From assembly GCA_965237415.1 (NCBI GenBank), contig CBDEFM010000002.1, positions 3,904,001 to 3,968,000 of the forward strand: a stretch of 64,000 bases of DNA. Direction: 5' to 3'. The notes beneath the pieces were generated by a model. That model ran no database searches and was not told where the DNA came from. It was given only the letters and a program-made list of their open reading frames with translations. Below are positions 1-10,799 of this stretch, in pieces. Position numbers and translations under genes: made by a program. Within the stretch, counting starts at the first letter, position 1, and every line of letters starts with the position of its first letter. Origin of the DNA: Alphaproteobacteria bacterium (GTDB lineage Bacteria > Pseudomonadota > Alphaproteobacteria > UBA828).

Positions 1-2
1 AC

Positions 3-1349
3 ACGCCGGGCCATGCCGCCTTCACGGAGATGCGCGCTCGCGGCGCGAGCGTGACGGATATCGTGGTTCTCGTGGTGGCGGCGGACGATGGCGTCATGCC
101 GCAGACCGCCGAGGCAATTAATCATGCGCGCGCGGCGGGCGTCCCCATCCTCGTCGCCATCAACAAGATCGACCGGCCGGACGCCGATCCCAACCGCGTG
201 CGCCAGGACCTGCTCCAGCACGAAATCGTGACCGAGGCGATGGGCGGCGACGTGCTCGCCGTCGAGATATCGGCGACCCAGAAGCTCAACCTCGACAAGC
301 TGGAGGAGGCGATCCTGCTCCAGGCGGAGTTGCTGGAGCTCACCGCTAACCCGGACCGCGCTGCCGAAGGCGTCGTGATCGAGGCCAAGGTGGACCGCGG
401 GCGCGGCGCGGTGGCGACCGTACTGGTCCAGCGCGGCACGCTCCGCATCGGCGATATCGTCGTTGCCGGTGCGCAATGGGGCCGGGTGAGGGCGATGTAC
501 GACGACCACGGCGCTGCCACCAAGGCGGCGGGACCGGCGGTGCCGGTAGAGGTACTCGGGCTCAGCGGCGCGCCCCAGGCAGGCGATGAGGTCGTGGTGG
601 TCGAGAACGAGCGCCGGGCTCGCGAGGTCTCCGAGTTCCGCCACGCGCGTACCAGAGAGAAGGAGGTCGCGCGCGGCGCCCCGCTCAACCTGGAGCAGCT
701 CTTCTCCGAGATCCAGGAGAAGGAGAGCAAGAGCGAGCTTCCGCTCGTCATCAAGACCGATGTCCAGGGCTCGGCGGAGGCGCTGGTCGGCGCACTCGCG
801 CGGCTCGGCACGGACGAGGTGGCGGTGCGCGTGCTCCATTCGGGCGTCGGCGGCATCACCGAATCGGACGTGACGCTCGCCGCGGCGTCCGACGCGACGG
901 TCTTCGGGTTCAACGTACGCGCCAACGCACAGGCACGCGAGCTCGCCGCGCGCTGCGGGATCGAACTTCGCTATTACGCCGTCATTTACGACGTCGTCGA
1001 CGAGGTCAGGGCCAGTCTCGAAGGGATGCTGCGCCCGGAGGCGCGCGAGCGGGCGCTGGGCAGCGCTCAGATCCTCCAGGTGTTCGAGGTGGGCCGCGTG
1101 GGCAGGATCGCGGGATGCAGGGTGACCAACGGCCTCGTGCGACGGGGCTCGAAGGCGAGGCTGCTGCGCGACGATGTCGTCATCCACGACGGCGCGCTCA
1201 AGACGCTCCGGCGATTCAAGGACGATGTCCGCGAGGTGAAGGAAGGTTACGAATGCGGCATGTCGTTCGAGAACCATTCCGATCTGCGCGAGGGCGACGT
1301 CGTCGAGCTCTATGAGATCGAGGAGGTCGCGCGCAAGCTGGAGGCGTAG
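3..1349 (+). CDS. infB: Translation initiation factor IF-2 (5' part outside window)
   Basis: [15 protein letters not shown] (G3) and NKID (G4) motifs; C-terminal [18 protein letters not shown]; precedes rbfA-truB. Confidence 0.98.
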   Translation, partial: TPGHAAFTEMRARGASVTDIVVLVVAADDGVMPQTAEAINHARAAGVPILVAINKIDRPDADPNRVRQDLLQHEIVTEAMGGDVLAVEISATQKLNLDKLEEAILLQAELLELTANPDRAAEGVVIEAKVDRGRGAVATVLVQRGTLRIGDIVVAGAQWGRVRAMYDDHGAATKAAGPAVPVEVLGLSGAPQAGDEVVVVENERRAREVSEFRHARTREKEVARGAPLNLEQLFSEIQEKESKSELPLVIKTDVQGSAEALVGALARLGTDEVAVRVLHSGVGGITESDVTLAAASDATVFGFNVRANAQARELAARCGIELRYYAVIYDVVDEVRASLEGMLRPEARERALGSAQILQVFEVGRVGRIAGCRVTNGLVRRGSKARLLRDDVVIHDGALKTLRRFKDDVREVKEGYECGMSFENHSDLREGDVVELYEIEEVARKLEA

Positions 1350-1370
1350 AGCGCGCTTGCCCAACGGTCG

Positions 1371-1748
1371 ATGACGAGGAGAAGCGGCAGCGCGCCGAGC
1401 CAGCGGCAACGGCGAGTCGGCGAGCTTATCAGGGAAGCGCTGTCCGAGTCGCTTGCCCGCGCCCAGTTCCGCGATCCCGTGTTGAGCGAGGTACGCCTCA
1501 CCGTGACCGAGGTTCGGCCGGCGCCTGATCTGCGCTCCGCCAAGGTCTATGTGATGCCGCTCGGCGGCGATCGGGCGGCGGAGACGATCGACGCTCTGCA
1601 GCGCGCCGCGGGTTACTTGCGCGGCGAGGTGAACCGCCGGGTCAGGCTGAAGTTCTCGCCCATGCTGCACTTCGAGCTCGACCGCAGCTTCGAGAACGTG
1701 GCGCACATCGACAGGCTGCTGGACGCAAGCGGCGGCTCCGATGACTGA
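1371..1748 (+). CDS. rbfA: Ribosome-binding factor A
   Basis: RQRRVGELIR..TVTEVR.APDLRSAKVY..LKFSPMLHFELD; canonical synteny. Confidence 0.96.
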   Translation: MTRRSGSAPSQRQRRVGELIREALSESLARAQFRDPVLSEVRLTVTEVRPAPDLRSAKVYVMPLGGDRAAETIDALQRAAGYLRGEVNRRVRLKFSPMLHFELDRSFENVAHIDRLLDASGGSDD

Positions 1749-1753
1749 GTCCG

Positions 1754-2650
1754 ATGACTGAGAAAACCGCTGCACGCGGCCCCCACGGCTGGCTGGTGGT
1801 CGACAAGCCCGGCGGGATTACCTCTGCGGCCGCCGTCGCCCGCATCAAGTTCCTCGTCGGCCGCGGCGCAAAGGTGGGGCATGCCGGCACGCTCGATCCG
1901 ATGGCCACGGGTGTCCTGCCTGTGGCCATCGGCGAGGCCACCAAGACGGTCGCGTTCATGATGGATGCACCCAAGCGCTACCGCTTCGGCGTACGCTGGG
2001 GGGAGCAGCGCGATACGGACGATGCCGAAGGTACGGTCATCGAGACAAGCCAACGTCGACCCGCCGGATCGACGGTCGCAAACGTGCTTCCCGGCTTTAT
2101 CGGCCGGATCGAGCAGGTGCCGCCTGCGTATTCCGCCCTCAAGGTCGGTGGCGAGCGCGCCTATGCGCTGGCGCGCCAGGGCCGGCCGCCGCAGCTCCCG
2201 CCGCGCACCGTCCATGTCATGAGCCTGACGCTGACGGAGGCCGACGACGACGGCGCTGCCTTCGAGGTCGAGTGCGGCAAGGGAACCTATGTCAGGGCGC
2301 TGGTCCGCGACATCGCGCGCGCCGCCGGAACGGTGGGCCACGTGAGTTGGCTGCACCGCGCTGCGGTCGGGCCGTTCGCCGAAGAGGATGCGAAACCACT
2401 GGATAAACTGGTTGCGCTCGGGCATAGTCTGGCCCTCGCCGAAAGCCTGCTTCCGGTCGACGCGGCGCTGGCCGACATCCCGGCACTGCCCCTGACCGCA
2501 CGCGAGGCAGATCGTCTGCGCCACGGCCAGCCCGTGCCCGCGCGCGGTGCGGCACCCGGAAGGGTCCGCGCCATCGCCGGGTCCCGCCTCGTGGCGCTAG
2601 CCGAAGTCGGCGCGGGTCAGGCCCGCCCGGTGCGGGTCTTCAACATGTGA
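1754..2650 (+). CDS. truB: tRNA pseudouridine(55) synthase
   Basis: [36 protein letters not shown] and GKGTYVRAL motifs. Confidence 0.97.
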   Translation: MTEKTAARGPHGWLVVDKPGGITSAAAVARIKFLVGRGAKVGHAGTLDPMATGVLPVAIGEATKTVAFMMDAPKRYRFGVRWGEQRDTDDAEGTVIETSQRRPAGSTVANVLPGFIGRIEQVPPAYSALKVGGERAYALARQGRPPQLPPRTVHVMSLTLTEADDDGAAFEVECGKGTYVRALVRDIARAAGTVGHVSWLHRAAVGPFAEEDAKPLDKLVALGHSLALAESLLPVDAALADIPALPLTAREADRLRHGQPVPARGAAPGRVRAIAGSRLVALAEVGAGQARPVRVFNM

Positions 2651-2666
2651 AATGCGGAGTAGCCAG

Positions 2667-2936
2667 ATGTCGATCACCGCGGTGCGGAAGACAGAGCTGA
2701 TATCGGATTACGCCACCAAGACCAACGATACCGGCTCGCCGGAAATCCAGGTTGCGATCCTGACAGAGCGGATCAACAACCTGACCCAGCATTTTCGGAC
2801 CCACAAGAAGGATCTTCATTCGAGGCGGGGCCTCCTGAAGATGGTCAGCCGCAGGCGCCGCCTGCTCGACTATCTGAAGCGCAGCGATCAGGAGCGCTAT
2901 GCCACCGTGATTAAGCGGCTGGGTTTGCGGAAATAG
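2667..2936 (+). CDS. rpsO: 30S ribosomal protein S15
   Basis: [21 protein letters not shown]...[12 protein letters not shown]; ATG at 2667 after GGAG. Confidence 0.98.
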   Translation: MSITAVRKTELISDYATKTNDTGSPEIQVAILTERINNLTQHFRTHKKDLHSRRGLLKMVSRRRRLLDYLKRSDQERYATVIKRLGLRK

Positions 2937-3082
2937 TATTGGCGTTCGCGTGGTCCGCTAGGATGCGGCACGCGGGTCAAGAGGGCACGGCGGGAGGCGC
3001 GGCATGGGCCGCCGCCACCGGCGTTGCGCCTGTGTAGGGGCGCGCCGAATTAGCGGCTCGCCACTGGAACGAAGGAAACAGC

Positions 3083-5209
3083 ATGTTCGATATCACACGT
3101 CGTGAGGCCATGTGGGGCGGGCGCAAGCTCATCCTCGAAACGGGGCGCATCGCCCGCCAGGCGGATGGCGCAGTCCTCGCGAGCTACGGCGAAACGGCGG
3201 TGCTCTGCACCGTCGTCGGCCAGCGTTGGGCGCGGGAGAGGCAGGATTTCTTCCCGCTGACAGTCAACTATGAAGAGAAGGCGTCCGCCGCCGGCAAGAT
3301 CCCGGGCGGCTTCTTCAAGCGCGAAGGGCGCCCGAGCGAGAAGGAAACCCTGGTCTCCCGTCTCATCGACAGGCCGCTCCGGCCCCTCTTCGTCAAGTCG
3401 TTTCGCAACGAAACCCAAGTTATCTGCACGGTGCTCTCGCACGACCTGATCAACGATTCCGACATCGTCGCCATGATCGGCGCGTCGGCCGCGCTCACCA
3501 TCTCGGGTTTACCCTTCATGGGGCCGATCGCGGGCTGCCGGGTGGGCTTCGCCGACGGCGCCTACGTGCTGAACCCGACCTACGACCAGCGCGCGGCCTC
3601 CGACCTCGATCTGGTCATGGCCGGGACGCTAGAGGGCGTGCTCATGGTCGAATCGGAGGCGTCCGAGCTCTCCGAGGATCAGATGCTGGGCGCCGTGACC
3701 TTCGGTCACGAAGAGATCAAGCCGGTGATCGAAGCCATCGTCAGCCTTGCCGAGGCCTGCGCGAAAGAGCCCTGGGAACTGCCGGAGGAGCAGGTGGACA
3801 CGGCGCTCGTCGAGCGCATCCGTGCCAGTGCCGAGGCCCCGCTCCGCGAAGCCTATGCCATCGCCGGCAAGACCGAACGGCTGGAGAAGGTGGCGGCGGC
3901 CAAGGCGGAGACCGCCGCGCAGTTCCGCGAGGAGGAAGGCGCTGCCGGCATCCTCGACGGAACGCTGAAGTCGCTTGAGAAGGACATCGTGCGCGGGCAG
4001 ATCCTCGACAGCGGAGCGCGCATCGACGGCCGCACGACCAGCGATGTTCGCGCCATCGAGTGCGAGGTGGGCGTGCTGCCGCGCAGCCACGGCTCGGCGC
4101 TCTTCACGCGCGGCGAGACCCAGGCGCTGGTCACGGCGACCCTCGGCACCGGTCAGGACGAGCAGATCATGGACATGCTCGAGGGCGAGTACCGCGAGCG
4201 CTTCATGCTGCACTACAACTTCCCGCCCTATTCGGTGGGTGAGGCGCGCTTCCTGCGTGGCCCCGGCCGGCGCGAGATCGGCCACGGCAAGCTCGCCTGG
4301 CGGGCGCTTCATCCGCTCATGCCGGATGCCGAGACATTCCCCTACACCATCCGCGTGGTCTCGGAGATCACGGAGTCGAACGGCTCCTCGTCGATGGCGA
4401 CGGTGTGCGGGGCATCGCTCTCGCTGATGGATGCCGGCGTTCCCGTTACCCAGCCCGTTGCCGGAATCGCCATGGGGCTGATCAAGGACGAGGACCGCTT
4501 CGCGGTGCTCTCCGACATCCTCGGCGACGAGGATCATCTCGGCGACATGGACTTCAAGGTCGCGGGCACCGAGCAGGGTATCACGTCGCTGCAGATGGAC
4601 ATCAAGATCACCAGCATCACCGAGGAGATCATGCGCACCGCGCTCGCCCAGGCGCGCGACGGCCGCCTGCATATCCTCGGGGAGATGGCGAAGGCGCTCT
4701 CTCGCGCGCGCGACAGCGTGAGCGACAACGCGCCCCGCATCACCACCTTCTCGATTCCGAAGGACCGCATCCGCGAGATCATCGGCCCCGGCGGCAAGAT
4801 CATTCGCGAAATCTGCGAGACCACCGGGACCAAGATCGACATCGAGGACGACGGCACCATCAAGGTTGCGGCCGTCGAGGGCGAGGCGGCGGAGGCGGCG
4901 ATCAACATGATCCGCGATATCATTGCCGAGCCTGAGGTTGGCGTGATCTACGACGGCAAGGTGGTCAAGATCGTCGACTTCGGCGCCTTCGTGAACTTCA
5001 TCGGCAAGCGCGACGGCCTGGTTCATATCAGCGAGATCGCCCCGCGCCGGATCAAGAGCGTGAGCGACGTGCTGAGCGAAGGCGATAACGTCAAAGTGAA
5101 GGTGCTCGGTATTGACGACCGCGGTAAGGTCAAGCTGAGCATGAGGGCCGTGAATCAGGAGAGCGGAGAGGACCTGAGCGCGGCCGAAGAGAAAGCGCAG
5201 GCCGGGTAG
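3083..5209 (+). CDS. pnp: Polyribonucleotide nucleotidyltransferase
   Basis: [40 protein letters not shown]; KH and S1 domains. Confidence 0.98.
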   Translation: MFDITRREAMWGGRKLILETGRIARQADGAVLASYGETAVLCTVVGQRWARERQDFFPLTVNYEEKASAAGKIPGGFFKREGRPSEKETLVSRLIDRPLRPLFVKSFRNETQVICTVLSHDLINDSDIVAMIGASAALTISGLPFMGPIAGCRVGFADGAYVLNPTYDQRAASDLDLVMAGTLEGVLMVESEASELSEDQMLGAVTFGHEEIKPVIEAIVSLAEACAKEPWELPEEQVDTALVERIRASAEAPLREAYAIAGKTERLEKVAAAKAETAAQFREEEGAAGILDGTLKSLEKDIVRGQILDSGARIDGRTTSDVRAIECEVGVLPRSHGSALFTRGETQALVTATLGTGQDEQIMDMLEGEYRERFMLHYNFPPYSVGEARFLRGPGRREIGHGKLAWRALHPLMPDAETFPYTIRVVSEITESNGSSSMATVCGASLSLMDAGVPVTQPVAGIAMGLIKDEDRFAVLSDILGDEDHLGDMDFKVAGTEQGITSLQMDIKITSITEEIMRTALAQARDGRLHILGEMAKALSRARDSVSDNAPRITTFSIPKDRIREIIGPGGKIIREICETTGTKIDIEDDGTIKVAAVEGEAAEAAINMIRDIIAEPEVGVIYDGKVVKIVDFGAFVNFIGKRDGLVHISEIAPRRIKSVSDVLSEGDNVKVKVLGIDDRGKVKLSMRAVNQESGEDLSAAEEKAQAG

Positions 5210-5348
5210 GAAGAGCCGCCAACAGAAGCGACATCTTGCAATCGGCGCCCCCGCTGCCCACATCGCGGTGCAGCGGCGGCGCCGGCCCGTCACCCTGCCT
5301 CGCCACGGCGCTAGGATCGAGCCAGGCGCAACGGTGGACGGACCGACT

Positions 5349-6746
5349 ATGAAGGTGTTGAACGCAATCAGGTTGTCTGGGCGCGAGGTCCTGCCCTTGA
5401 TCGAAGGGGGCAAGGGCATCGGCGTGACCAACGGCCTGAGCTCGGGCGCCTGGGCCGCCGCCGGCGGGGTCGGAACCTTCTCCGGCGTCAATGCCGACTA
5501 CTACGACGAGAACGGCCGGGCCATTCCGCAGATCTATCGCGGCCGCACCCGCAAGGAGCGCCACGAGGAGCTGGTCGACTACGCCATCAGGGGAGGCATC
5601 GCCCAGGCGCGGATCGCCCACGACGTCTCGGGCGGCGAAGGGCGGCTCCACATGAACGTTCTGTGGGAGATGGCCGCCGCCGAGCGTATCCTGAACGGCG
5701 TCCTCGAGGCGACGCGCGGCCTCATTCACGGCGTGACCTGCGGTGCCGGCATGCCCTACCGCCTGGCCGAAGTGACCGCGCAGTACGAAGTCAATTACTA
5801 CCCGATCGTCTCGTCGGCGCGGGCCTTCCGCGCGCTCTGGAAGCGCGCCTATCATCGCTTCTCCGACTGGATGGGCGGCGTCGTCTACGAGGACCCCTGG
5901 CGCGCCGGCGGCCACAACGGCCTCTCCAACAGCGAGGACCCGGAACAGCCCGAACCCGCCTATCCGCGGGTCCTCGCGCTGCGCGAGCAGATGCGCGAAT
6001 ACGGTCTCGACGACGTGCCCATCGTGATGGCGGGCGGCGTCTGGTACCTGCGCGACTGGGAGGACTGGATCGACAATCCCGAGCTCGGGCCCATCGTCTT
6101 CCAGTTCGGGACCCGCCCGCTGGTGACCGAAGAGAGCCCCATCTCCGAGCAGTGGAAGCGCAAGCTGCTGTCGATGGAGGAGGGGGACGTGAAGCTCAAC
6201 CGCTTCAGCCCGACCGGGTTCTATTCGTCTGCGGTGCGCAACGACTTCATCAGGGAGCTCGCCGAGCGCGAGCACCGGCAGGTCGCCTACACCGCCGAGC
6301 CCATCGGCGACCACGACCGGGTGTTCACCCCGGGGCCGCGCGGGCGCACGTTCTATCTCACCAAGGGCGACCTGGCGCGAGCCGAAGAGTGGATGGGGGA
6401 GGGCTTCAACTCGGTGATGAAGACCCCCGACACCACGATCATCTTCGTGACCGACGAGAAGGCGCGCGAAATCAGGGCCGATCAGGCGGCCTGCATGGGC
6501 TGCCTCAGCGCCTGCCGGTTCAGCAACTGGGCGACCAACGAGCCGGGCTCGACCGGCAAGAAGACCGATCCCCGCAGCTACTGCATCCAGAAGACGCTGC
6601 AGGAGATCATCCACGGCGAAGACATCGACAACCAGCTCATGTTCGCCGGCCACGCGGCCTTTCGCTTCGCGAGCGATCCCTTCTACTCGAACCGCTTCAT
6701 CCCGACCGTTCGCCAGCTGGTAGAGCGCCTGCTCACCGGCGACTGA
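5349..6746 (+). CDS. Nitronate monooxygenase-family (2-nitropropane dioxygenase-like) flavin oxidoreductase
   Basis: PLIEGGKGIG, CGAGMPY, EDPWRAGGHNG, MAGGVW, FQFGTRP; C-terminal CMGCLSAC cluster. Confidence 0.8.
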   Translation: MKVLNAIRLSGREVLPLIEGGKGIGVTNGLSSGAWAAAGGVGTFSGVNADYYDENGRAIPQIYRGRTRKERHEELVDYAIRGGIAQARIAHDVSGGEGRLHMNVLWEMAAAERILNGVLEATRGLIHGVTCGAGMPYRLAEVTAQYEVNYYPIVSSARAFRALWKRAYHRFSDWMGGVVYEDPWRAGGHNGLSNSEDPEQPEPAYPRVLALREQMREYGLDDVPIVMAGGVWYLRDWEDWIDNPELGPIVFQFGTRPLVTEESPISEQWKRKLLSMEEGDVKLNRFSPTGFYSSAVRNDFIRELAEREHRQVAYTAEPIGDHDRVFTPGPRGRTFYLTKGDLARAEEWMGEGFNSVMKTPDTTIIFVTDEKAREIRADQAACMGCLSACRFSNWATNEPGSTGKKTDPRSYCIQKTLQEIIHGEDIDNQLMFAGHAAFRFASDPFYSNRFIPTVRQLVERLLTGD

Positions 6747-6871
6747 CCGCCCGGCGCGCGCAAGGCGCGCGATGCGCTACCGGGCTGTAACGGAAGAAGC
6801 CTCCCTGCCTGCCCGATGCCCCGGACCATGGCGCATTTCTTGGTTCATCGCATGGTGGCATCGTGGACACG

Positions 6872-7322
6872 GTAAGTGAGTCTTATTATACGTTATTAAA
6901 CAGTGTGTTATGACTCACGCTCTCTCGACACAATGCTGCTGTCCCATTTGCCGGGCACAATATAGGTACCACTTCATTTCCGTTTCCTGCGCACTCGCGT
7001 CGCATCAACGCTACACATGTTTACGCCATCTTTTTCGAATATCGAAATTCGTAGCGAGCGCCAGCGCGGCGCACCGAGGCGACCGCGATGGTAGCCTCGA
7101 TCGGCCAAATCGGCTCTCAGGCGCAGGGCGTCGCCTGCTTCGAGCCCAACGGCTACTCTTCGCCGCCTTTCCTTCACCATTCCCCAACCGCGCCCGCGCC
7201 AAGGACCCGCCGCCGGGAAACATCGTCATGTGGCGCGGCCTCTCTCGCCTCAACGACATAATCCTCGGAGCCAACCTGCAAGCCGATGTTGTGGGTAATT
7301 GAAAGCTACGCCGGAGGCTTAC
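6872..7322. mobile_element. Internally deleted insertion-sequence remnant bounded by GTAAG...CTTAC
   Basis: GTAAG at 6872 and CTTAC at 7318-7322; AT-rich left end with inverted repeat GTGAGTC (6876-6882)/GACTCAC (6912-6918); contains a transposase C-terminal fragment. Confidence 0.55.
7192..7302 (+). pseudogene. IS4/Tn5-family transposase C-terminal fragment
   Basis: ARAKDPPPGNIVMWRGLSRLNDIILGA..VVGN* matches the PPG...WRG dimerisation-domain tail of IS4-family transposases; no catalytic core upstream. Confidence 0.75.
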
Positions 7323-7344
7323 GGTTCAAATCCTGCCCCCGCAA
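7323..7344 (+). other. 3' fragment of initiator tRNA-Met (att-like site)
   Basis: GGTTCAAATCCTGCCCCCGCAA equals the T-arm/acceptor 3' half of alphaproteobacterial tRNA-fMet; the 5' half is absent. Confidence 0.75.
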
Positions 7345-7482
7345 GCGTTGTCGAGTGCGCTGTAATGACCTCCATGAAGAAGGCCAATGATTGGGGTGCC
7401 GATCAGCGTGGAACCGACACTCCAAACCGTAGTTAAAGGCAAAATAGTGGTGTCGTCACTCGGCGCCGGCGGGGTGCCCGTT

Positions 7483-8346
7483 TCAGCGCGCCTGGCCGGT
7501 GCGGCTGAACAGGATCCAGAAGAAGGTGCCGATGATCGGTAGCGTGACGCCAAAGATAAGCGAGGCCAGGCCGAAAATGATCGGCACGTTGGACTGATGC
7601 GAGGACGCCTGCGCCCAGGTGTAGATCGGCATCGTCGTCTCGGTGCCGCGCAGGAAGATCGAGCGCAGGAGCTCGTTGAACGAGAGGATGAAGCCGAACA
7701 GGCCGGCGCCGACGATGCCGGGGCGCATGATCGGGAACTCGATCTGCCAGAACCGCTTCCAGGCGGAGGCCCCGAGATCCTCCGCCGCCTCCAGCAGGCG
7801 GTGGTCGAAGCGCGTGGCCAGCACGATCACCAGCAGAAAGGCGAAGGGCAGCGCCCAGACCATGTGGCCGACGAAGACCGACCACATGCCGAGCTTGAAG
7901 TGCATGTAGGAGCGGATGAAGAGGAACAGCGCGGCCCCCATGGTGAGCCCCGGCACGAACAGCGGCAGCAGCGTGATCAGCAGCACCCCGCCGCGCCGCT
8001 TCATCCGCGGGATCGCGCGGCCCACAGGCACCGAGACGAGGACGCAGCAGGCGCCGACGGCGAGCGCGAGCCACAGGCTGTCGGTCATCGGCTCGATCCA
8101 GGCGGAGGTCGCGAACAGCTGGTCGTACCAGCGAAGCGTCAGGGGATGGGGAATGCCTGAGAGCGGCCGGTCGCTGAACGACATGACGACCAGCCAGACC
8201 AGAGGAATATAGGTGAGCACGATGAGCACGAGGCCGATCCACACGGCCAGCGGCCGCCAGATCGGCGCATACACCGCATGCTCCCACAGGCGCAGGCGCG
8301 GGCCCCGCCTGGTCCTGCCGCCCGCTTGCGCGTCCGCCGCGCTCAC
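7483..8346 (-). CDS. Polyamine/opine ABC transporter permease (PotC-like)
   Basis: YIPLVWLVVMSFS, TLRWY, LEAAEDLGAS (EAA loop), FILSFNE; GTG start overlaps the upstream stop. Confidence 0.88.
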   Translation of the reverse strand: MSAADAQAGGRTRRGPRLRLWEHAVYAPIWRPLAVWIGLVLIVLTYIPLVWLVVMSFSDRPLSGIPHPLTLRWYDQLFATSAWIEPMTDSLWLALAVGACCVLVSVPVGRAIPRMKRRGGVLLITLLPLFVPGLTMGAALFLFIRSYMHFKLGMWSVFVGHMVWALPFAFLLVIVLATRFDHRLLEAAEDLGASAWKRFWQIEFPIMRPGIVGAGLFGFILSFNELLRSIFLRGTETTMPIYTWAQASSHQSNVPIIFGLASLIFGVTLPIIGTFFWILFSRTGQAR

Positions 8347-9056
8347 AGCTTCAGCGCCTCGAACAGGCCGGCGATACCGCCCCGCCGCCGGGTGAGCAGC
8401 GTGAGTGCCGCCAGCAGTGCGACCAGGACCGCGAGCACGAAGGCCGAGAGGGAGGCCGCGGTCGGATAATTGAGCGTGGACAGCGCATCCTCGGTGGAGC
8501 GGCCGATCATATTGACCTTGCCGCCGCCCATCAGCTGCGGCACCACCCACTCGCCCAGCGCCGCGAACATCGGGGATTTGGTGTAGCTGTAGATGCCGAC
8601 CCGCGCCGGTGCCTCGATCCGGCAGATGAAAGTGAGCGTGACCGTCTCGCACGTTTCGAACGGGGCGGTATGTCCGGCGCGGCGCATCTCTGCGCGGAAA
8701 TGCAGTCCCCCGCCGGTATGTCCGGGATCGAGGAAGACGGGCGTGCCCTCCGCCAGAACCCCAGCGAGCCGCTCGGCGTACCAGGCGTGGGCGACCGAGG
8801 GCACCACCAACATGACGAGATCGGTGCCGGCGATCGCTTCGGCGACGTCGGTGGTCAGGAGGGCCGGCATCTCGCGGCCCTCAAAGATGCCGCGGACATC
8901 GATGCCGCCATTGGCGCGAATCGGCTTGAGTCTCTCCTCGCGGCGCGCGTGGAGCCGGACCTCGAATCCCCGCCGCGTCAGATCGGCGGCGGCGGCGTAA
9001 CCCCCATGTCCCGCCCCCATCACCGCGACCGACCGGATTTCCATTGCGCCTGCCAT
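8343..9056 (-). pseudogene. In-frame chimera: N-terminal opine (octopine/nopaline) dehydrogenase NAD-binding domain fused to the C-terminal ~70 aa of a PotB-like permease
   Basis: AVMGAGHGGYAAAADL..PGHTGG..ETVTLTFICR switches at FAAL to GEWVVPQLMGGGK..NYPTAASLS plus a TM helix. Confidence 0.75.
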
Positions 9057-9265
9057 CGGTCATCACCCGAGGGCGATGTTGCTGGTCACCGCGAGCCGAG
9101 GCAAGCCGCTCAAACCCGCATTCTCCGCCGCCGCCAATGACGGAAGGACGCGCTCCACCCGTCATTTCGAGCAGAGCACCGAGGGCGCGGAGCGGATAAA
9201 CCTCGTCTTTCAAGCGCCCCGCCGTGCCGAGAAGATATCTCCGCTCCGCCGTTCTGCTGGCATAG

Positions 9266-9660
9266 GTGGCGCAGGAGCCGGGCAGCTACAAGGTGCTGCG
9301 CTACGTCTACGCGACCATGAAGAGGCGCGAGACGCGGGAGGTTCTATCGCCTGCGGCGCGGCCCGCTGTGCTGGAGCGCAGCTGCGCGGATGTGAGCTTC
9401 CTGGCCGGGATGCTGGTGGAAAAGTTCGTCTGGCACCTTCCGCTTCACCGCCAGCACAAGCGGCTTGAGGCGAGCGGCGGCTATGTCGCCTACGTAGCTT
9501 ACGCGAAGGTGCGGGCGGGGTTTGTCACCCATGCTCAATGCTGGAGCCATGCACGCAGGGGGTTTGAGGGGGCGCAGGGGGCGGAGCCGAGACTGGTGGG
9601 CGAGGCGCTGGCGCTGATGGGTGCGCTGTACCGCGAGGAGAAGCGCATCCGCGAGAAGGC
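9266..9660 (+). pseudogene. IS66-family transposase (TnpC) remnant with internal deletion
   Basis: DVSFLAGMLVEKFVWHLPLHRQ joined directly to GY.AY and AQCWSHARR motifs; these are normally separated by a long stretch. Confidence 0.8.
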
Positions 9661-9760
9661 GACTTGGGGCTCCGGCACGCTCAAGCGCGGCGGAGCCCCG
9701 TTCGGTCGTCGGGGGCGGGGTCTCCGCCCTTCCGGCCGACCCCCCCGCCAATGGATGCTG

Positions 9761-10741
9761 CTACAGAAGCTCCATGTCGCTTAGCAGCTTCTGGATCGCC
9801 GGCTCGTTCATGTTCTCCAGCGTCACGACCTGGGCCGGGATCGCCACGGTGCGCGGCTCCACCTTCTCGCCCTTCAGGATCTTGTCCATGGTGTAGACGC
9901 CGTCATAGCCCATCTTGTACGGATCTTGCAGGATGAGCGCGTCGATGAAGCCCTCCTTGAACAACTCGAATTCCTCCGCCGAGCTGTCGAAAGCGACGAT
10001 GCGGAGATCGAGGTCCTTCTGCTTGGTGAGCTGGCCCGCGCCGGTGCCGGCGCCGTCACACGCCCCGTAGAAGCCGACCAGGTCTGGATTGCCGGTGTAC
10101 GTGTCGGTCGCGATGTTCAGCGCCTTGGCCGGGCTGCATCCCGAATACTGCACTGGCACCACCTCGATGTCGGGGTAGTTCTTCATCTCCTCGAGGAAGC
10201 CGCTCTCGCGCTCGTAGCCGGTCTGGGAGCCGGCGGTGATGCCGATATCGCCGACCTTGCCCTTGCCACCGATCAGCTCCGCCAACGTCTTTGCGGCAGC
10301 CTTGGCGGCTCCGATGTTGTCGGTGGCGATGTAGGCGAGGGAGGTGTCGGGGTCGATTCCGGAATCGACCGTGATGACCGGCACGCCGGCCTCGATGGCC
10401 TTGGTCACCGGCGCCGACAGTGCCTTGGCATCGGTCGCGGCGATGAGAATGCCGTCGATCCTTCGGGTTACCATGTCGTTGACCAGGTTGATCTGGCCCG
10501 CGATTTGGGTCTGGTCCTGTGTGCCGACATAGAGGACCTCGTAACCGAGCTCCTCGCCGGCCTTCTCGGCGCCCCGCTTGATGGCGAGCCAGAAGGACGA
10601 ATCGGTTGATTTCGGGATCCACGCCAGCGTCTTGTCTGCCGCGATGGCGTCAGAGCCGAAGCCCACCGCGGAGAATGCGGCGATCACGGCCGCTGCCGCG
10701 ACCGCGCGGCAAGCCTGTGACATTGGTGCGCGATTCTTCAT
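9761..10741 (-). CDS. Sugar ABC transporter substrate-binding protein (RbsB-like)
   Basis: Signal peptide; IPKSTDSSFW, VPVITVDS, IATDN, QDPYKMGY. Confidence 0.9.
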   Translation of the reverse strand: MKNRAPMSQACRAVAAAAVIAAFSAVGFGSDAIAADKTLAWIPKSTDSSFWLAIKRGAEKAGEELGYEVLYVGTQDQTQIAGQINLVNDMVTRRIDGILIAATDAKALSAPVTKAIEAGVPVITVDSGIDPDTSLAYIATDNIGAAKAAAKTLAELIGGKGKVGDIGITAGSQTGYERESGFLEEMKNYPDIEVVPVQYSGCSPAKALNIATDTYTGNPDLVGFYGACDGAGTGAGQLTKQKDLDLRIVAFDSSAEEFELFKEGFIDALILQDPYKMGYDGVYTMDKILKGEKVEPRTVAIPAQVVTLENMNEPAIQKLLSDMELL

Positions 10742-10799
10742 GCTTTTTTCTCTCCCTGACGGCACAATCGCCGCTGCCCAGCGCGCGGCGACGTTGTTT

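Noticed and set aside
3629-6653. Long minus-strand ORFs opposite pnp and the flavin oxidoreductase
   Set aside because: Antisense shadows of clearly identified genes.
7323-7344. Complete tRNA-Met gene
   Set aside because: Only the T-arm and acceptor 3' strand are present; the upstream sequence is an IS end.
9136-9166. AATGACGG...CCGTCATT hairpin upstream of the chimeric gene
   Set aside because: A single 8-bp inverted repeat with no further support; it may be an operator but this cannot be substantiated.
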